Assembly: GCA_051382335.1 (NCBI GenBank)
Contig: JBBCAX010000084.1
Coordinates: 23,206-87,205, forward strand
Source of the DNA: Deltaproteobacteria bacterium TL4
GTDB lineage: Bacteria > SAR324 > NAC60-12
Reading direction: 5' to 3'
DNA: 64,000 nt
Position 1 is the stretch's first letter, and each line of letters starts with the position of its first letter. The notes under the pieces were generated by a model. It was not told the DNA's origin, searched no databases, and was given only the letters and a program-made list of their open reading frames with translations. The position numbers and the translations under genes are program-made. Below, piece by piece: positions 1 to 8,782 of this stretch.

Positions 1-1139
1 TAAACCGCTCGTCTTTACGACTGGAGTGGGAACATCTTTTTGCTTCGCATTATTACTTCCGTTTTGATGGAAAAATGGCCTACAATTCCATTTACGATTA
101 CCAGGATTATCCTGAGGAGGTAGCAGACTACTACAGATTTCAGACTCCACTGAGAGAGGCCTACCTCCAGGCAAGTTGGAGGAAATGGAGCTTTAAAGCC
201 GGAAAACAAATTGTGGTTTGGGGCAAATCGGATAGTGGCGTTGTGACCGATGTTATCAGTCCTCGTGACCTGACGGAAGGTTTGTTCACACCGCTTGAAG
301 ACTCTAGAATTGGTCAAAGTCTGGTGCTGTTCGATTTCTATCCAGCTTCTAGCCATTGGACCCTCGTGATCAACCCTGATCCTCAAGTCAATCGTACCGC
401 ACGTCCAGGACATGAATACGCGTTCCCTGGGCTTGTGGATCAAAAAGGTATTGTTCTGTTGGAAGAGGTTCAACCTGAGTTTGGTAAAGGGGATCCAGAG
501 CTCGGTCTGCGTTGGGAAAAAACAAGGGAAGGTTTCGATTTGGCGGTTATGGCGGCCCAGGTGCTTTCAAATGAGCCTGTTGCTGTTTTTGAAGGCATGG
601 ACCCCATGTTTCAACCGCAATACCGTCAAGAATATCGCCGTTATAACATGGTCGGTTTGGGGGCCAATTTCAGCGCGGGAAATTTTTTGTGGAAAGCGGA
701 GTTGGGCTACAAAGAAAAGTTGGCTTATAGTCATCAAAATGTATTGGAAAATAAAGGGGTGGCGGAAAGTGCTGTGTTGGCCATGTCTTTAGGATTTGAC
801 TATACGGCGACAGGAGCTTATTCACTCTCAATGGAAGGATCCAATCAACATCTTGTGGACTGGGAGGAAGATTTCATAGGAGTCCGACAAAATTCAGGAA
901 TTATCTATGTTTCCTGGACCAAAAGTTTTCTGCATGAAACCTTAACCCCTCAATACACGCTGGCTTATGAACCTGAAGGTAAAGAAGGCATGCATCAATT
1001 GGCCTTAAGTTATAACATTAGTGATCAATGGTCTTGTAAGGGAGAAATAGACTATTTTGACGCTCAGAAAGAGGACTCGCTTTTAGGGGTGTTTAAAGAT
1101 CAACATCGACTTTATGGTGAGGTTCAATTCTCTTTTTAA
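1..1139 (+). CDS. DUF1302-like outer-membrane beta-barrel protein, 5'-partial (continues upstream of the window)
   Basis: The frame of the 75..1139 ORF stays open back to nt 3, so the window edge cuts the gene. LREAYLQ..KAGKQIVVWGKSDSGVVTDVISPRD matches my recollection of the DUF1302 signature. The strand-like alternating sequence and the C-terminal ..EVQFSF (terminal Phe) are typical of OMPs. Confidence 0.55.
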   Translation, partial: NRSSLRLEWEHLFASHYYFRFDGKMAYNSIYDYQDYPEEVADYYRFQTPLREAYLQASWRKWSFKAGKQIVVWGKSDSGVVTDVISPRDLTEGLFTPLEDSRIGQSLVLFDFYPASSHWTLVINPDPQVNRTARPGHEYAFPGLVDQKGIVLLEEVQPEFGKGDPELGLRWEKTREGFDLAVMAAQVLSNEPVAVFEGMDPMFQPQYRQEYRRYNMVGLGANFSAGNFLWKAELGYKEKLAYSHQNVLENKGVAESAVLAMSLGFDYTATGAYSLSMEGSNQHLVDWEEDFIGVRQNSGIIYVSWTKSFLHETLTPQYTLAYEPEGKEGMHQLALSYNISDQWSCKGEIDYFDAQKEDSLLGVFKDQHRLYGEVQFSF

Positions 1140-1154
1140 AAGAAGCGGTAGAGC

Positions 1155-1751
1155 ATGGCAAAATTAATGAAGGTGGCGGTTCCACCAAGTAAAGAGCAAC
1201 AAACTCTTCCTGATCAGTTGATCGTTAAAGATATTTTGTCTGGGAATATCCAGCAATTTGAGGTGTTGATCACACGCTATCGGAACAATATCTATCGCTT
1301 TATTCTAAAACATGTGGATGAACCCGCACTAGCGGAAGATTTATCTCAGGATACGTTTATTGCCGCCTACCAGCAGTTAGCTTCGTTCCAAGGAAATTCC
1401 ACTTTTTTGACCTGGTTGTTTGGCATTGCCTTGAACAAGGTGCGAAATCATCTCAACCGGTCTCCCGAGAAACGTTATCACTTTGTTTCTGAGGAATTGG
1501 TTGCTAATATCTCCTCACAGGAGCAAACGCCTTTAGAGGTCATGGAAAACAAGAACTCCTTGATCGCTTTGAAACGAGCGCTCAATCAGTTATCACCTGA
1601 TTTAAAAGAAGTTGCGATTTTAGTTTGTTTAGAAGGCTTCTCCTATGAGGAAACCGCAGGAATCATGGAAATTCCCGCGGGAACCGTGAGGAGTAAACTC
1701 TACAGAGCCAGGGAGATGCTCAGGCAACTTTTACACAGTTCCAAAGAATAA
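1155..1751 (+). CDS. ECF (group 4) RNA polymerase sigma-70 family factor
   Basis: 198-aa ORF. Region 2-like DLSQDTFIAAYQ / FLTWLFGIALNKVRNH and region 4 HTH YEETAGIMEIPAGTVRSKLYRAREML are present. It starts 16 nt after the OMP gene stop. Confidence 0.9.
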   Translation: MAKLMKVAVPPSKEQQTLPDQLIVKDILSGNIQQFEVLITRYRNNIYRFILKHVDEPALAEDLSQDTFIAAYQQLASFQGNSTFLTWLFGIALNKVRNHLNRSPEKRYHFVSEELVANISSQEQTPLEVMENKNSLIALKRALNQLSPDLKEVAILVCLEGFSYEETAGIMEIPAGTVRSKLYRAREMLRQLLHSSKE

Positions 1752-2045
1752 TCATCCATTTTGATTTATTTGTGAACTTTTATTGCCACAATGTTACTAA
1801 CGGGTAAAGTTGTGTTTGTAACCTTTGGTGTTGTTGAACTAAGCAAGATGTTGGCTTGAATTTTCGAAATGGAGCTGTGTTCCTTAGAAGGTGGTTTCAG
1901 TGGACTCATGCCCTTCCTCTCATGAGCCCCTGGAGCCTCCGTCTGTAGTCTTTATCCCTCACATATGAAGCAAAAACACAGCTCTGCTGGCCCAATTACC
2001 CCTGAATGAAATGAGTGGTGCTCATTTCCGTGTGAAATGGACAGC

Positions 2046-2070
2046 GGAGTGCCAAAGCTTGCTTTGGCCA
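2046..2070. repeat. Solo copy of the 25-nt arm GGAGTGCCAAAGCTTGCTTTGGCCA (full palindromic copy at 37485-37560)
   Basis: 25/25 identity to 37485-37509 and exact reverse complement of 37536-37560. It lies in the 374-nt gap between the sigma and anti-sigma genes. Confidence 0.85.
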
Positions 2071-2125
2071 GAACTGCGAAAGCATTTCTTTAAGTTGAAA
2101 TTTTGTTTTAAACGGAAGGTTAATT

Positions 2126-2911
2126 ATGAAAACGCCTATTGGGGAGATTCACTGTGAGGAGGGCGCACTGTTGATCCACAGAAATCTTGACGACGACCTC
2201 ACAGACGCCGAAACACAACAATTGTTGGCTCATCTGGAGCAGTGTTCCTCTTGTCAAGTCTTCTCAAGTGAAATAATCGGGATTGAAACTGATTTTGCGC
2301 CATTGAATCAACTCTATCTCTCCTGTGGTTTGGAGGATCACTTTAATAAAAATGTGATGGAGGCGATTCGCCAGTCATCAATTCCCGTTCCCTCCAAAGT
2401 GGACACTCTGATCGAATTTTTGTCTTCCTTCTTCTTTCTTTCCATACGAAGATTCCCTGTCTTTCCTGCTGCGGTAGGTGGCTTGGCCGGTCTTCTGGTT
2501 TTTATATTTTTGTGGCAAGACCTTCCGCCTTGGGTAGAATCTCAGGCAAAACGTTTTTCTTTACAGGAAATTCCTTTCCAATCAGCGCAGGAAAAATTGG
2601 AATGGAACCATCAACAGGCCATTCCTCCTGGATACGAGGCCAACTTTGTGGTCGATCAGGAAGACAGTGAGTCCTACCACTTTCGGTTTGAATCCGCAAC
2701 TCCAGTGGCCATCAAAGTGAATCATAAAGGGCCGCACACCCATACGTTAACTCCTAAAATGGTTACGCTTCACGGAATCCGTTACGCCACCTTAAAAACA
2801 CCCCAACCTGAGGATGTCATAGATATCAGGAATGAAGGTCAGCAGCCTATCCAGGTGAATACCTACACCAGAAATACTGACGCCATTAAAGTGAGGTTGA
2901 TCAAGTACTGA
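2126..2911 (+). CDS. Membrane anti-sigma factor with zf-HC2 (ZAS-type) N-terminus
   Basis: H-x3-C-x2-C motif (HLEQCSSCQ) about 35 aa from the N-terminus, one TM helix (FPVFPAAVGGLAGLLVFIFLW) and a roughly 130-aa extracytoplasmic tail. GGAAGG RBS lies before the ATG. It is downstream of the ECF sigma gene. Confidence 0.7.
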   Translation: MKTPIGEIHCEEGALLIHRNLDDDLTDAETQQLLAHLEQCSSCQVFSSEIIGIETDFAPLNQLYLSCGLEDHFNKNVMEAIRQSSIPVPSKVDTLIEFLSSFFFLSIRRFPVFPAAVGGLAGLLVFIFLWQDLPPWVESQAKRFSLQEIPFQSAQEKLEWNHQQAIPPGYEANFVVDQEDSESYHFRFESATPVAIKVNHKGPHTHTLTPKMVTLHGIRYATLKTPQPEDVIDIRNEGQQPIQVNTYTRNTDAIKVRLIKY

Positions 2912-2963
2912 CAGAACGCAAGGAAACTCATTTTTCCTGATTCTTGCCAGAAGGTGAGTATAA

Positions 2964-3052
2964 GTAGGGTGCCGCTTAAGTGAAGCGAGTGCTCCAAAAA
3001 TAAGGGGACAGCAAGCTTTCTGGTGCGCTCGCTTCGTTTAAGCACACCCTAC
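2964..3052. repeat. Imperfect 28/29-nt inverted repeat between convergent genes (REP-like or bidirectional terminator-like)
   Basis: GTAGGGTGCCGCTTAAGTGAAGCGAGTGC (2964-2992) pairs with GCGCTCGCTTCGTTTAAGCACACCCTAC (3025-3052). Blocks of 8+6+8+2 nt are complementary, and the loop is 32 nt. Confidence 0.6.
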
Positions 3053-3073
3053 CTCATCTTCTCGGACAGCCAC

Positions 3074-4999
3074 TTAGTGCAGCATCTTTTTTATTTCCTG
3101 ACTGAGGACTTGCAATCTATAAGGTTTGGTGACCACTCCATCAAAACCCAATTTTTGAAGGATGTTTTCGGTCATCAGATTGGTATCGCCTGTATTCAAC
3201 AGGATGGGGATGTCCTGACGGATCAGTCTGAGTTTCTCAACCAGTTGCTCTCCACTCATCAGCGACACATCGTAACTGGTAATCACCAACTGAAAACGTT
3301 TCGGATCTGATTCAAACGCTTGTAGTGCTTCTCTGCTATCGGTAAAACTTGTGACCTGATATCCTAGCCTTTCTAATAACAACGTCCCAATTTCGGTAAC
3401 AATCGGATTATCATCCACAAAGAGAATGTGTGTTTCCTTGCCTTCATGAGGTACCTGAAAAAGAGTCGTTTTTTTTGCTTCCGCCCTTAGCGGCAGGTAG
3501 ATCTGAAAAGTCGTGAGTTTGCCCACTTCGCTTTTCACGACAATATGTCCTCCATGCTGCTTCACAATCCCGGAGACCACCGCTAAGCCCAAGCCTGTCC
3601 CTTTTTGTGCGCCTCGCGGTTTGGTTGAGAAATAAGGATCAAAGATCCGCTCCAAAGTCCTCTGATCCATACCGATTCCCGTATCCTCCACAGACAAACA
3701 GACGAATTCCCCCGCTCTTTTTTCTCCGTGATCATTGATGAAGGCATAGCTTGAAACCCGGGTCAGACCGATGGTGAGAGTTCCGCCTTCCGGCATCGCT
3801 TGAATCGCATTCAAACACAAATTCACAAGGACCTGACGGATCTGGGATGACTCGGCGACAATTGGAGGCAGATCTAAAGCCAGCTCTTCATGTAAGATGA
3901 TGTTTCTAGGGATCAGGGGGTACAGAAACAGCAGGACCTCTTCGACAATCTTATTTAGATGGACCGTTTGCGTTTTGAAGTCGGCATTGAATGCGAAAAT
4001 CAGGAGGCGTCCTATCAACTCCGCTGCGATGTTCGCGGATTCTGTCACCATCCTCAAGTTCGTGGCTTCATCACTCTTCGGGTCCAGTCCTAAGGAAACC
4101 AGTTCGACAAAACCAAGAATCGGTCCGAGCAGATTATTGAAATCATGAGCAAGCCCTCCTGCCAAGGTAACCAGAGCTTCCATCTTTTGGGCTTGAAGCC
4201 TTTGAGTCTCAAATTCCTTGCGTTGAGTTATATCGATAGTGACCCCCAGCAATCCTCGATCACTTTCATTTTCATCCTGGATAACTTGAGCACGGGTATG
4301 GGTCCACTTGAGGTCTCCGGCTTGATTGATAAAACGAAAATCTACAGGATCATAACAACCAGACTGAATTGCTGCTTCTATATGGGAATGGGCCAGGTTT
4401 CGATCTTCCGGATGAACGTGTTTGAGAAATTCTTCATACTTCATGGGAGAGACCAAGGCTTCTGAATTCTCAAGCAGAGCCCCAACCCAGGTGATCTCAC
4501 CGTTGATCCACGACCAAATTCCAACCTGACCAATGTCTAACGCCAAACTTAGATAGTTTGCTTTTTTACGTAAGGCTTGCTCTGTCTGCAGAAGTTCTTT
4601 GAATTGTTGCTGAAGTTGGCCATTGGTGCGATAGTTATAAAGCGCACACTCAATCGTCGCGTTCAAGGTTTGTTTCTGAACGGGCTTGACCAAGTATCCA
4701 CAAGGTTGAGTGGGTTTGGCACGCTCTATCGTTTCCTCATCCCCATAAGCGGTGAGATAAACAATTGGAATGTCATGGGTGCTTTTGATTTGGCGAGCCG
4801 CTTCAATGCCATCCATGGTTCCTTCCAGGAAAATATCCATCAGGATTAAATCAGGCTTTATGGCATGAGCGACCTGAATCGCTTTTTTTCCGGATTTGAC
4901 GATGACGGGAATTCGATATCCTAAACCCACTAATTGATCCTGTAACGCCAGACCCGTGAGTCCTTCATCCTCAACCACCAAAATCTGTGTATTCATCAT
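3074..4999 (-). CDS. Hybrid sensor histidine kinase with N- and C-terminal receiver domains
   Basis: N-terminal REC (ILVVEDE..PDLILMDIFL), a PAS-like segment, HisKA H-box (LAGGLAHDFNNLL), HATPase_c (GTGLGLAVVSGIV) and a second REC (ILFVDDNPIV..). Confidence 0.9.
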   Translation of the reverse strand: MMNTQILVVEDEGLTGLALQDQLVGLGYRIPVIVKSGKKAIQVAHAIKPDLILMDIFLEGTMDGIEAARQIKSTHDIPIVYLTAYGDEETIERAKPTQPCGYLVKPVQKQTLNATIECALYNYRTNGQLQQQFKELLQTEQALRKKANYLSLALDIGQVGIWSWINGEITWVGALLENSEALVSPMKYEEFLKHVHPEDRNLAHSHIEAAIQSGCYDPVDFRFINQAGDLKWTHTRAQVIQDENESDRGLLGVTIDITQRKEFETQRLQAQKMEALVTLAGGLAHDFNNLLGPILGFVELVSLGLDPKSDEATNLRMVTESANIAAELIGRLLIFAFNADFKTQTVHLNKIVEEVLLFLYPLIPRNIILHEELALDLPPIVAESSQIRQVLVNLCLNAIQAMPEGGTLTIGLTRVSSYAFINDHGEKRAGEFVCLSVEDTGIGMDQRTLERIFDPYFSTKPRGAQKGTGLGLAVVSGIVKQHGGHIVVKSEVGKLTTFQIYLPLRAEAKKTTLFQVPHEGKETHILFVDDNPIVTEIGTLLLERLGYQVTSFTDSREALQAFESDPKRFQLVITSYDVSLMSGEQLVEKLRLIRQDIPILLNTGDTNLMTENILQKLGFDGVVTKPYRLQVLSQEIKKMLH

Positions 5000-5009
5000 T
5001 TTGTCACTC

Positions 5010-6260
5010 CTAATCTATTTCATCGATCGTTGGAAATATGATTTTTACAGTAGTTCCTGTGGGCTGGGATTGCTCCCGTTTCAGGCTTCCGCCGAGTTGA
5101 TCAGTCAATACGTTGATCAGTTTTGTACCGAGTGTTGTTGTCTTGTCCGTGTTGAAATCTTCAGGCAAGTCAATGCCATCGTCGCTGATACTTAAGTCCA
5201 CTTGCCCTTCTAGATCTTGAACCGCCGTGATCTGGATTTGACCTCGTCGTCCATTGGGAAAAGCGTGTTTGAGTGCTTTGGTAATCAGCTCATTAAGGAT
5301 CAATCCGGCAGGAATGGCTTTTCCGATATCCAGTTTGACTCCGGAAGTTTCCACTTTAATCTGGATCTGATTCGGTCGCATGGAATAAGTAGATAACAAG
5401 CCATCGCTTAACTCCCTGATAAAGTGCTCAAAGTTCACATCACAAAAATTATCGGTCTGGTAAAGTTTTTCATAAACGAGGGCCAACGTATAAATGCGAT
5501 TCTGGCTCTCCTGGAATAATTCCAAATCTTCCGGATGCTTTACATATTTCATTTGCAACTGAAGAATGGAAACCATCATCGCCATATTGTTTTTCACCCG
5601 ATGATGCACTTCTTTCAACAAGACATCTTTTTCTTTGAGGGCTTTCTCAAGTTGTTCTTTTCCCAGTTCGTGTTCTATGATTTTCTGTTCCAGTTGTTCA
5701 GTCTTCTTCTCCAGTTCAAGCGTACGGACTTTGATCTGTTGTTCTATGCTCCTGTTATATTCTTTGAGTTGCTTACAGAGGCGATGACGTTCAATGGCAT
5801 TCTGGATGGTTCGTATTAAGCCGAAACTGGTGATGCCGTTCTCTTTAAACAGGTACTCCTGTGCCCCATGACGCACAGCCTGCAGGGCAAGAAACATATC
5901 ATCAACCTCTGTATAGATGACGATGGGAAGATCTGTTAATTCAGCGTATTCTTTATTAAAGAACTCAAGCCCCGATTTGTCGGGAAGGATTAGATCAAGG
6001 ATGAGGACATCGAACCCTCCTTTGGTCAGACAGTCCAATCCTGCTGAAAAAGTGGCGGCATGGACCACCTCGAATTTTCTGTGGATTTCCAGGTTCCCCA
6101 CAACAGGGGGTTCCGGAAAGGGCGTCTTCAAAGGGTATTGTTGAAGGTCAACAGGAAAAATCATGCTCGTTGCTTCCCGATCACCAAGCATCGCCTCAAC
6201 AACCGCCGCACTCATCCGATTATCCTCAATCAGTAAGACTTTTATCTCCAAACTGAACAT
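5010..6260 (-). CDS. Receiver-domain histidine kinase of the HisKA_2 type
   Basis: REC (VLLIEDN..FDVLILDLILPDKSG), a coiled coil, H-box EVHHRVKNNMAMM and an ATPase region (ISDDGIDLP, LGTKLI). The ATG at 6260 has AAGGA a few nt upstream. A GTG at 6278 is an alternative start. Confidence 0.85.
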   Translation of the reverse strand: MFSLEIKVLLIEDNRMSAAVVEAMLGDREATSMIFPVDLQQYPLKTPFPEPPVVGNLEIHRKFEVVHAATFSAGLDCLTKGGFDVLILDLILPDKSGLEFFNKEYAELTDLPIVIYTEVDDMFLALQAVRHGAQEYLFKENGITSFGLIRTIQNAIERHRLCKQLKEYNRSIEQQIKVRTLELEKKTEQLEQKIIEHELGKEQLEKALKEKDVLLKEVHHRVKNNMAMMVSILQLQMKYVKHPEDLELFQESQNRIYTLALVYEKLYQTDNFCDVNFEHFIRELSDGLLSTYSMRPNQIQIKVETSGVKLDIGKAIPAGLILNELITKALKHAFPNGRRGQIQITAVQDLEGQVDLSISDDGIDLPEDFNTDKTTTLGTKLINVLTDQLGGSLKREQSQPTGTTVKIIFPTIDEID

Positions 6261-6553
6261 ATTTTCCTTTTGCCGCACTCTCGGGGGGTTTGCCGCATGA
6301 GGGGTTGCCTGTTTTGCGTCATTTTACCCGCTGCTGAGTATGCTGAACCACAACAACATATATTGCAATGTGAATTAACGGAAAAAAACGGAAAAAATAC
6401 AGCACAAACCGAATTCAGCACAATCTTTTGAGGAAATGATGACACAAAACATGCTCTCCCCACCATGTTTGAATGGTGTGAGTGTTCCGTAGCAGAATTA
6501 GAAACGTAAAAGCAAGCCAAAACTAAAGTGTTCCCGCAATCAAGAAACCCCGC

Positions 6554-6787
6554 CTAAAGTCCTTGTCGCCACCAGTTCAGTACCAGGGTTTCTTCCTTTT
6601 GACGGAAGGCGTTTTCGTCAATTTTACCGGTACGAAAGCCTTCTCTTAAATACTGGAGTTTTGCCAAACACTCTTTCGGAGAGTCACAAACGCTCCAACC
6701 TTTGGCTGTTCGTTGCACTAATTCCTGATACTGTTCTTCGGTAACCTGAACCGGATGATCTATAGCGTGAGGCGTTAAATTAATCAT
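6554..6787 (-). CDS. Small hypothetical protein with a possible SHOCT-like C-terminal motif
   Basis: 77-aa ORF. LAKLQYLREGFRTGKIDENAFRQKEETLV resembles the SHOCT short oligomerisation motif. I see no other recognisable family. Confidence 0.35.
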   Translation of the reverse strand: MINLTPHAIDHPVQVTEEQYQELVQRTAKGWSVCDSPKECLAKLQYLREGFRTGKIDENAFRQKEETLVLNWWRQGL

Positions 6788-6947
6788 GGGTTGCCAAATT
6801 CTGAGGTTAAAAAAGTTTCAATTTCCACCAAACGCAGACGCATCAATTTGGATTGCTGAAGGGGTAAAATTTCGGATGGCGTTCATTTTCCCTAGAGTCT
6901 GAGGCCGTATGGTTTGTGTGAAGAAGGCGGTTGTGTGAGTTTGTCCT

Positions 6948-7046
6948 TCATCCTTTGTATTTGGGATACTGAGTCAGTGTTTCAGCGTTAAATTGCTCAT
7001 GCAGGACAAAATCAATATCTTTTCTATCTGCAATCACCTGGGCCAT
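6948..7046 (-). pseudogene. Relic of the 5' end of a long-type acyl-CoA dehydrogenase gene
   Basis: A GGAGG RBS is followed by ATG and 32 codons, MAQVIADRKDIDFVLHEQFNAETLTQYPKYKG, then a stop. The ADR(R/K)D.DFVL.EQ pattern is what I recall for the N-terminal domain (AcylCoA_DH_N) of the roughly 600-aa ACADs. Downstream, another frame reads EILPLQQ..RLRLVEIETF, weakly reminiscent of the following conserved block. Confidence 0.35.
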
Positions 7047-7166
7047 ATTTCCTCCATAAAGCAAGATGTTGGGTCATTCTTCTCTTGATTTGGAGACAGG
7101 TTTTCAATTTTACTGTTGATATCGTATTTCATGGTTCTTAAGTGAGGACGGTGGTGATTACCAAGC

Positions 7167-7240
7167 CGCGGATTTTCGCGGATAAACGCAGATAAAGAAG
7201 TGTTTTTAAAAACATCTGCGTTCGTCTGCGTTCATCTGCG
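7167..7240. repeat. Palindromic element built from 10-nt periodic CGCRGAT / ATCYGCG units
   Basis: CGCGGATTTT CGCGGATAAA CGCAGATAAA gaag-GTTTTTAAAAAC-ATCTGCGTTC GTCTGCGTTC ATCTGCG. There are three decamers on each side in inverted orientation around a 12-nt perfect palindrome. CCAAG is on both flanks. Confidence 0.75.
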
Positions 7241-7282
7241 CCAAGAGAGAGGTCCCTTCGAAAAGGCGTGTTAGCTGTGAAT

Positions 7283-8782
7283 TTACGAGGCGTCATTCAT
7301 CCAGCCTTGAGAACGTTCCACGGCGCGCTTCCAACCCTTTTTCAAAGCTGCCATTTCCTCTTTCGCGCGACCGGGAGTAAACCGTCGATTTTCCTTCCAC
7401 ATGGCCTGAATGGCCTCTTGATTTTCCCACACGCCTGTGGCTAATCCCGCTAAAAACGCGGCCCCCATGGCTGTGGTTTCAATCACGTCGGGCCGACTGA
7501 CTTCTGTGCCTAACAGATCCGCTTGGAATTGACATAAGAAGTTATTGGCTGTTGCGCCACCATCAACTCGTAAGGATTGAATTTGGATATTCGTATCACT
7601 CTCCATGCTATTGAGGAGATCCGCAGACTGAAACGCAATGGCTTCCAACCCTGCCCGAACAATATGATTTTTATGGGTATCCCGTGTTAATCCGACAATG
7701 GTTCCCCGAGCATAAGGATCCCAGTAGGGCGCACCCAGTCCGACAAAAGCAGGCACAATATAAACCCCACCACTCGAAGAAACCTCGTTGGCCATCGCTT
7801 CAGTTTCCATCACGTTCTGAAAAAGCTGTAATCCGTCCCGGAGCCATTGCATGAGAGCGCCTCCAATAAAAACGGACCCTTCCAAGGCGTAAGTGGTTTC
7901 CTGCTTGATTTGCCAGGCGACGGTTGTTACTAAGCCATGCTCGGAAAAAAGTAATTTTTTCCCGGTATTCATCAACATAAAACACCCGGTCCCATAGGTA
8001 TTTTTGGCCATTCCCGGCTCAAAACAGGCTTGCCCAAACAGAGACGCTTGCTGATCTCCCGCAATCCCCGCGATGGGAATGGGTTTTCCTAAGATGGAAG
8101 GCCTGGTTTCTCCAATAACACCAGAGGAGGGAACCACTTTGGGCAGGGTCGTTCGAGGAATTTCCAGTTTTTGCAACAATTCATCATCCCAATCCAGGGT
8201 TTCGATATTGAAAAGCAACGTTCTCGAAGCATTGGTAACATCGGTCGCATGTAAGGCTCCGCCTGTGAGTTTCCAAATCAACCAGCAATCCACGGTACCA
8301 AATAACAATTGGCCGGCCTTTGCTAATTTTTGGGCTTCAGGCACTTCTTTCAAGATCCAACGCATTTTGGTTCCAGAAAAATAAGCATCGGTGACTAAAC
8401 CTGTTTTACGCTTAATCACTTGATCAAAACCTTCCGCTTTCAATTGATCACAGTATTCCGCGGTTCTGCGACATTGCCAAACAATCGCGTTATAAACAGG
8501 AACGCCTGTCTCTTTGTTCCACGCAATTATGGTTTCCCGTTGGTTGGTTATGCCAATCCCCGCAAGATCGTTAATGCCAATCTTCGCTTGACGTAATACG
8601 CTCTCCATCGTCTGTCGCTGAGTCTTCCAGAGTTCTTCCGGATTTTGTTCAACCCAACCGGATTTGGGGTAATAACACTGAAAAGGAACACTTTTGGAAG
8701 CCAGAACCGCGCCTTGTTCATCAAAAATAATGGTTCTTGAACTGGTCGTCCCTTGGTCTAAGGCCATGACATATTTAGACAT
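7283..8782 (-). CDS. glpK: Glycerol kinase
   Basis: YVMALDQGTTSSRTIIFD N-terminal ATPase motif and full-length FGGY-family similarity. The ATG at 8782 (MSKYV..) gives the canonical roughly 499-aa length. The ORF track start at 8821 adds 13 unlikely residues. Confidence 0.95.
   Translation of the reverse strand: MSKYVMALDQGTTSSRTIIFDEQGAVLASKSVPFQCYYPKSGWVEQNPEELWKTQRQTMESVLRQAKIGINDLAGIGITNQRETIIAWNKETGVPVYNAIVWQCRRTAEYCDQLKAEGFDQVIKRKTGLVTDAYFSGTKMRWILKEVPEAQKLAKAGQLLFGTVDCWLIWKLTGGALHATDVTNASRTLLFNIETLDWDDELLQKLEIPRTTLPKVVPSSGVIGETRPSILGKPIPIAGIAGDQQASLFGQACFEPGMAKNTYGTGCFMLMNTGKKLLFSEHGLVTTVAWQIKQETTYALEGSVFIGGALMQWLRDGLQLFQNVMETEAMANEVSSSGGVYIVPAFVGLGAPYWDPYARGTIVGLTRDTHKNHIVRAGLEAIAFQSADLLNSMESDTNIQIQSLRVDGGATANNFLCQFQADLLGTEVSRPDVIETTAMGAAFLAGLATGVWENQEAIQAMWKENRRFTPGRAKEEMAALKKGWKRAVERSQGWMNDAS

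Noticed and set aside
7167-7240. Possible CRISPR-like array, because of regularly spaced short repeats.
   Set aside because: The units are 10 nt with no spacers, only three per side and in inverted orientation. No cas genes are present. This is not a CRISPR array.
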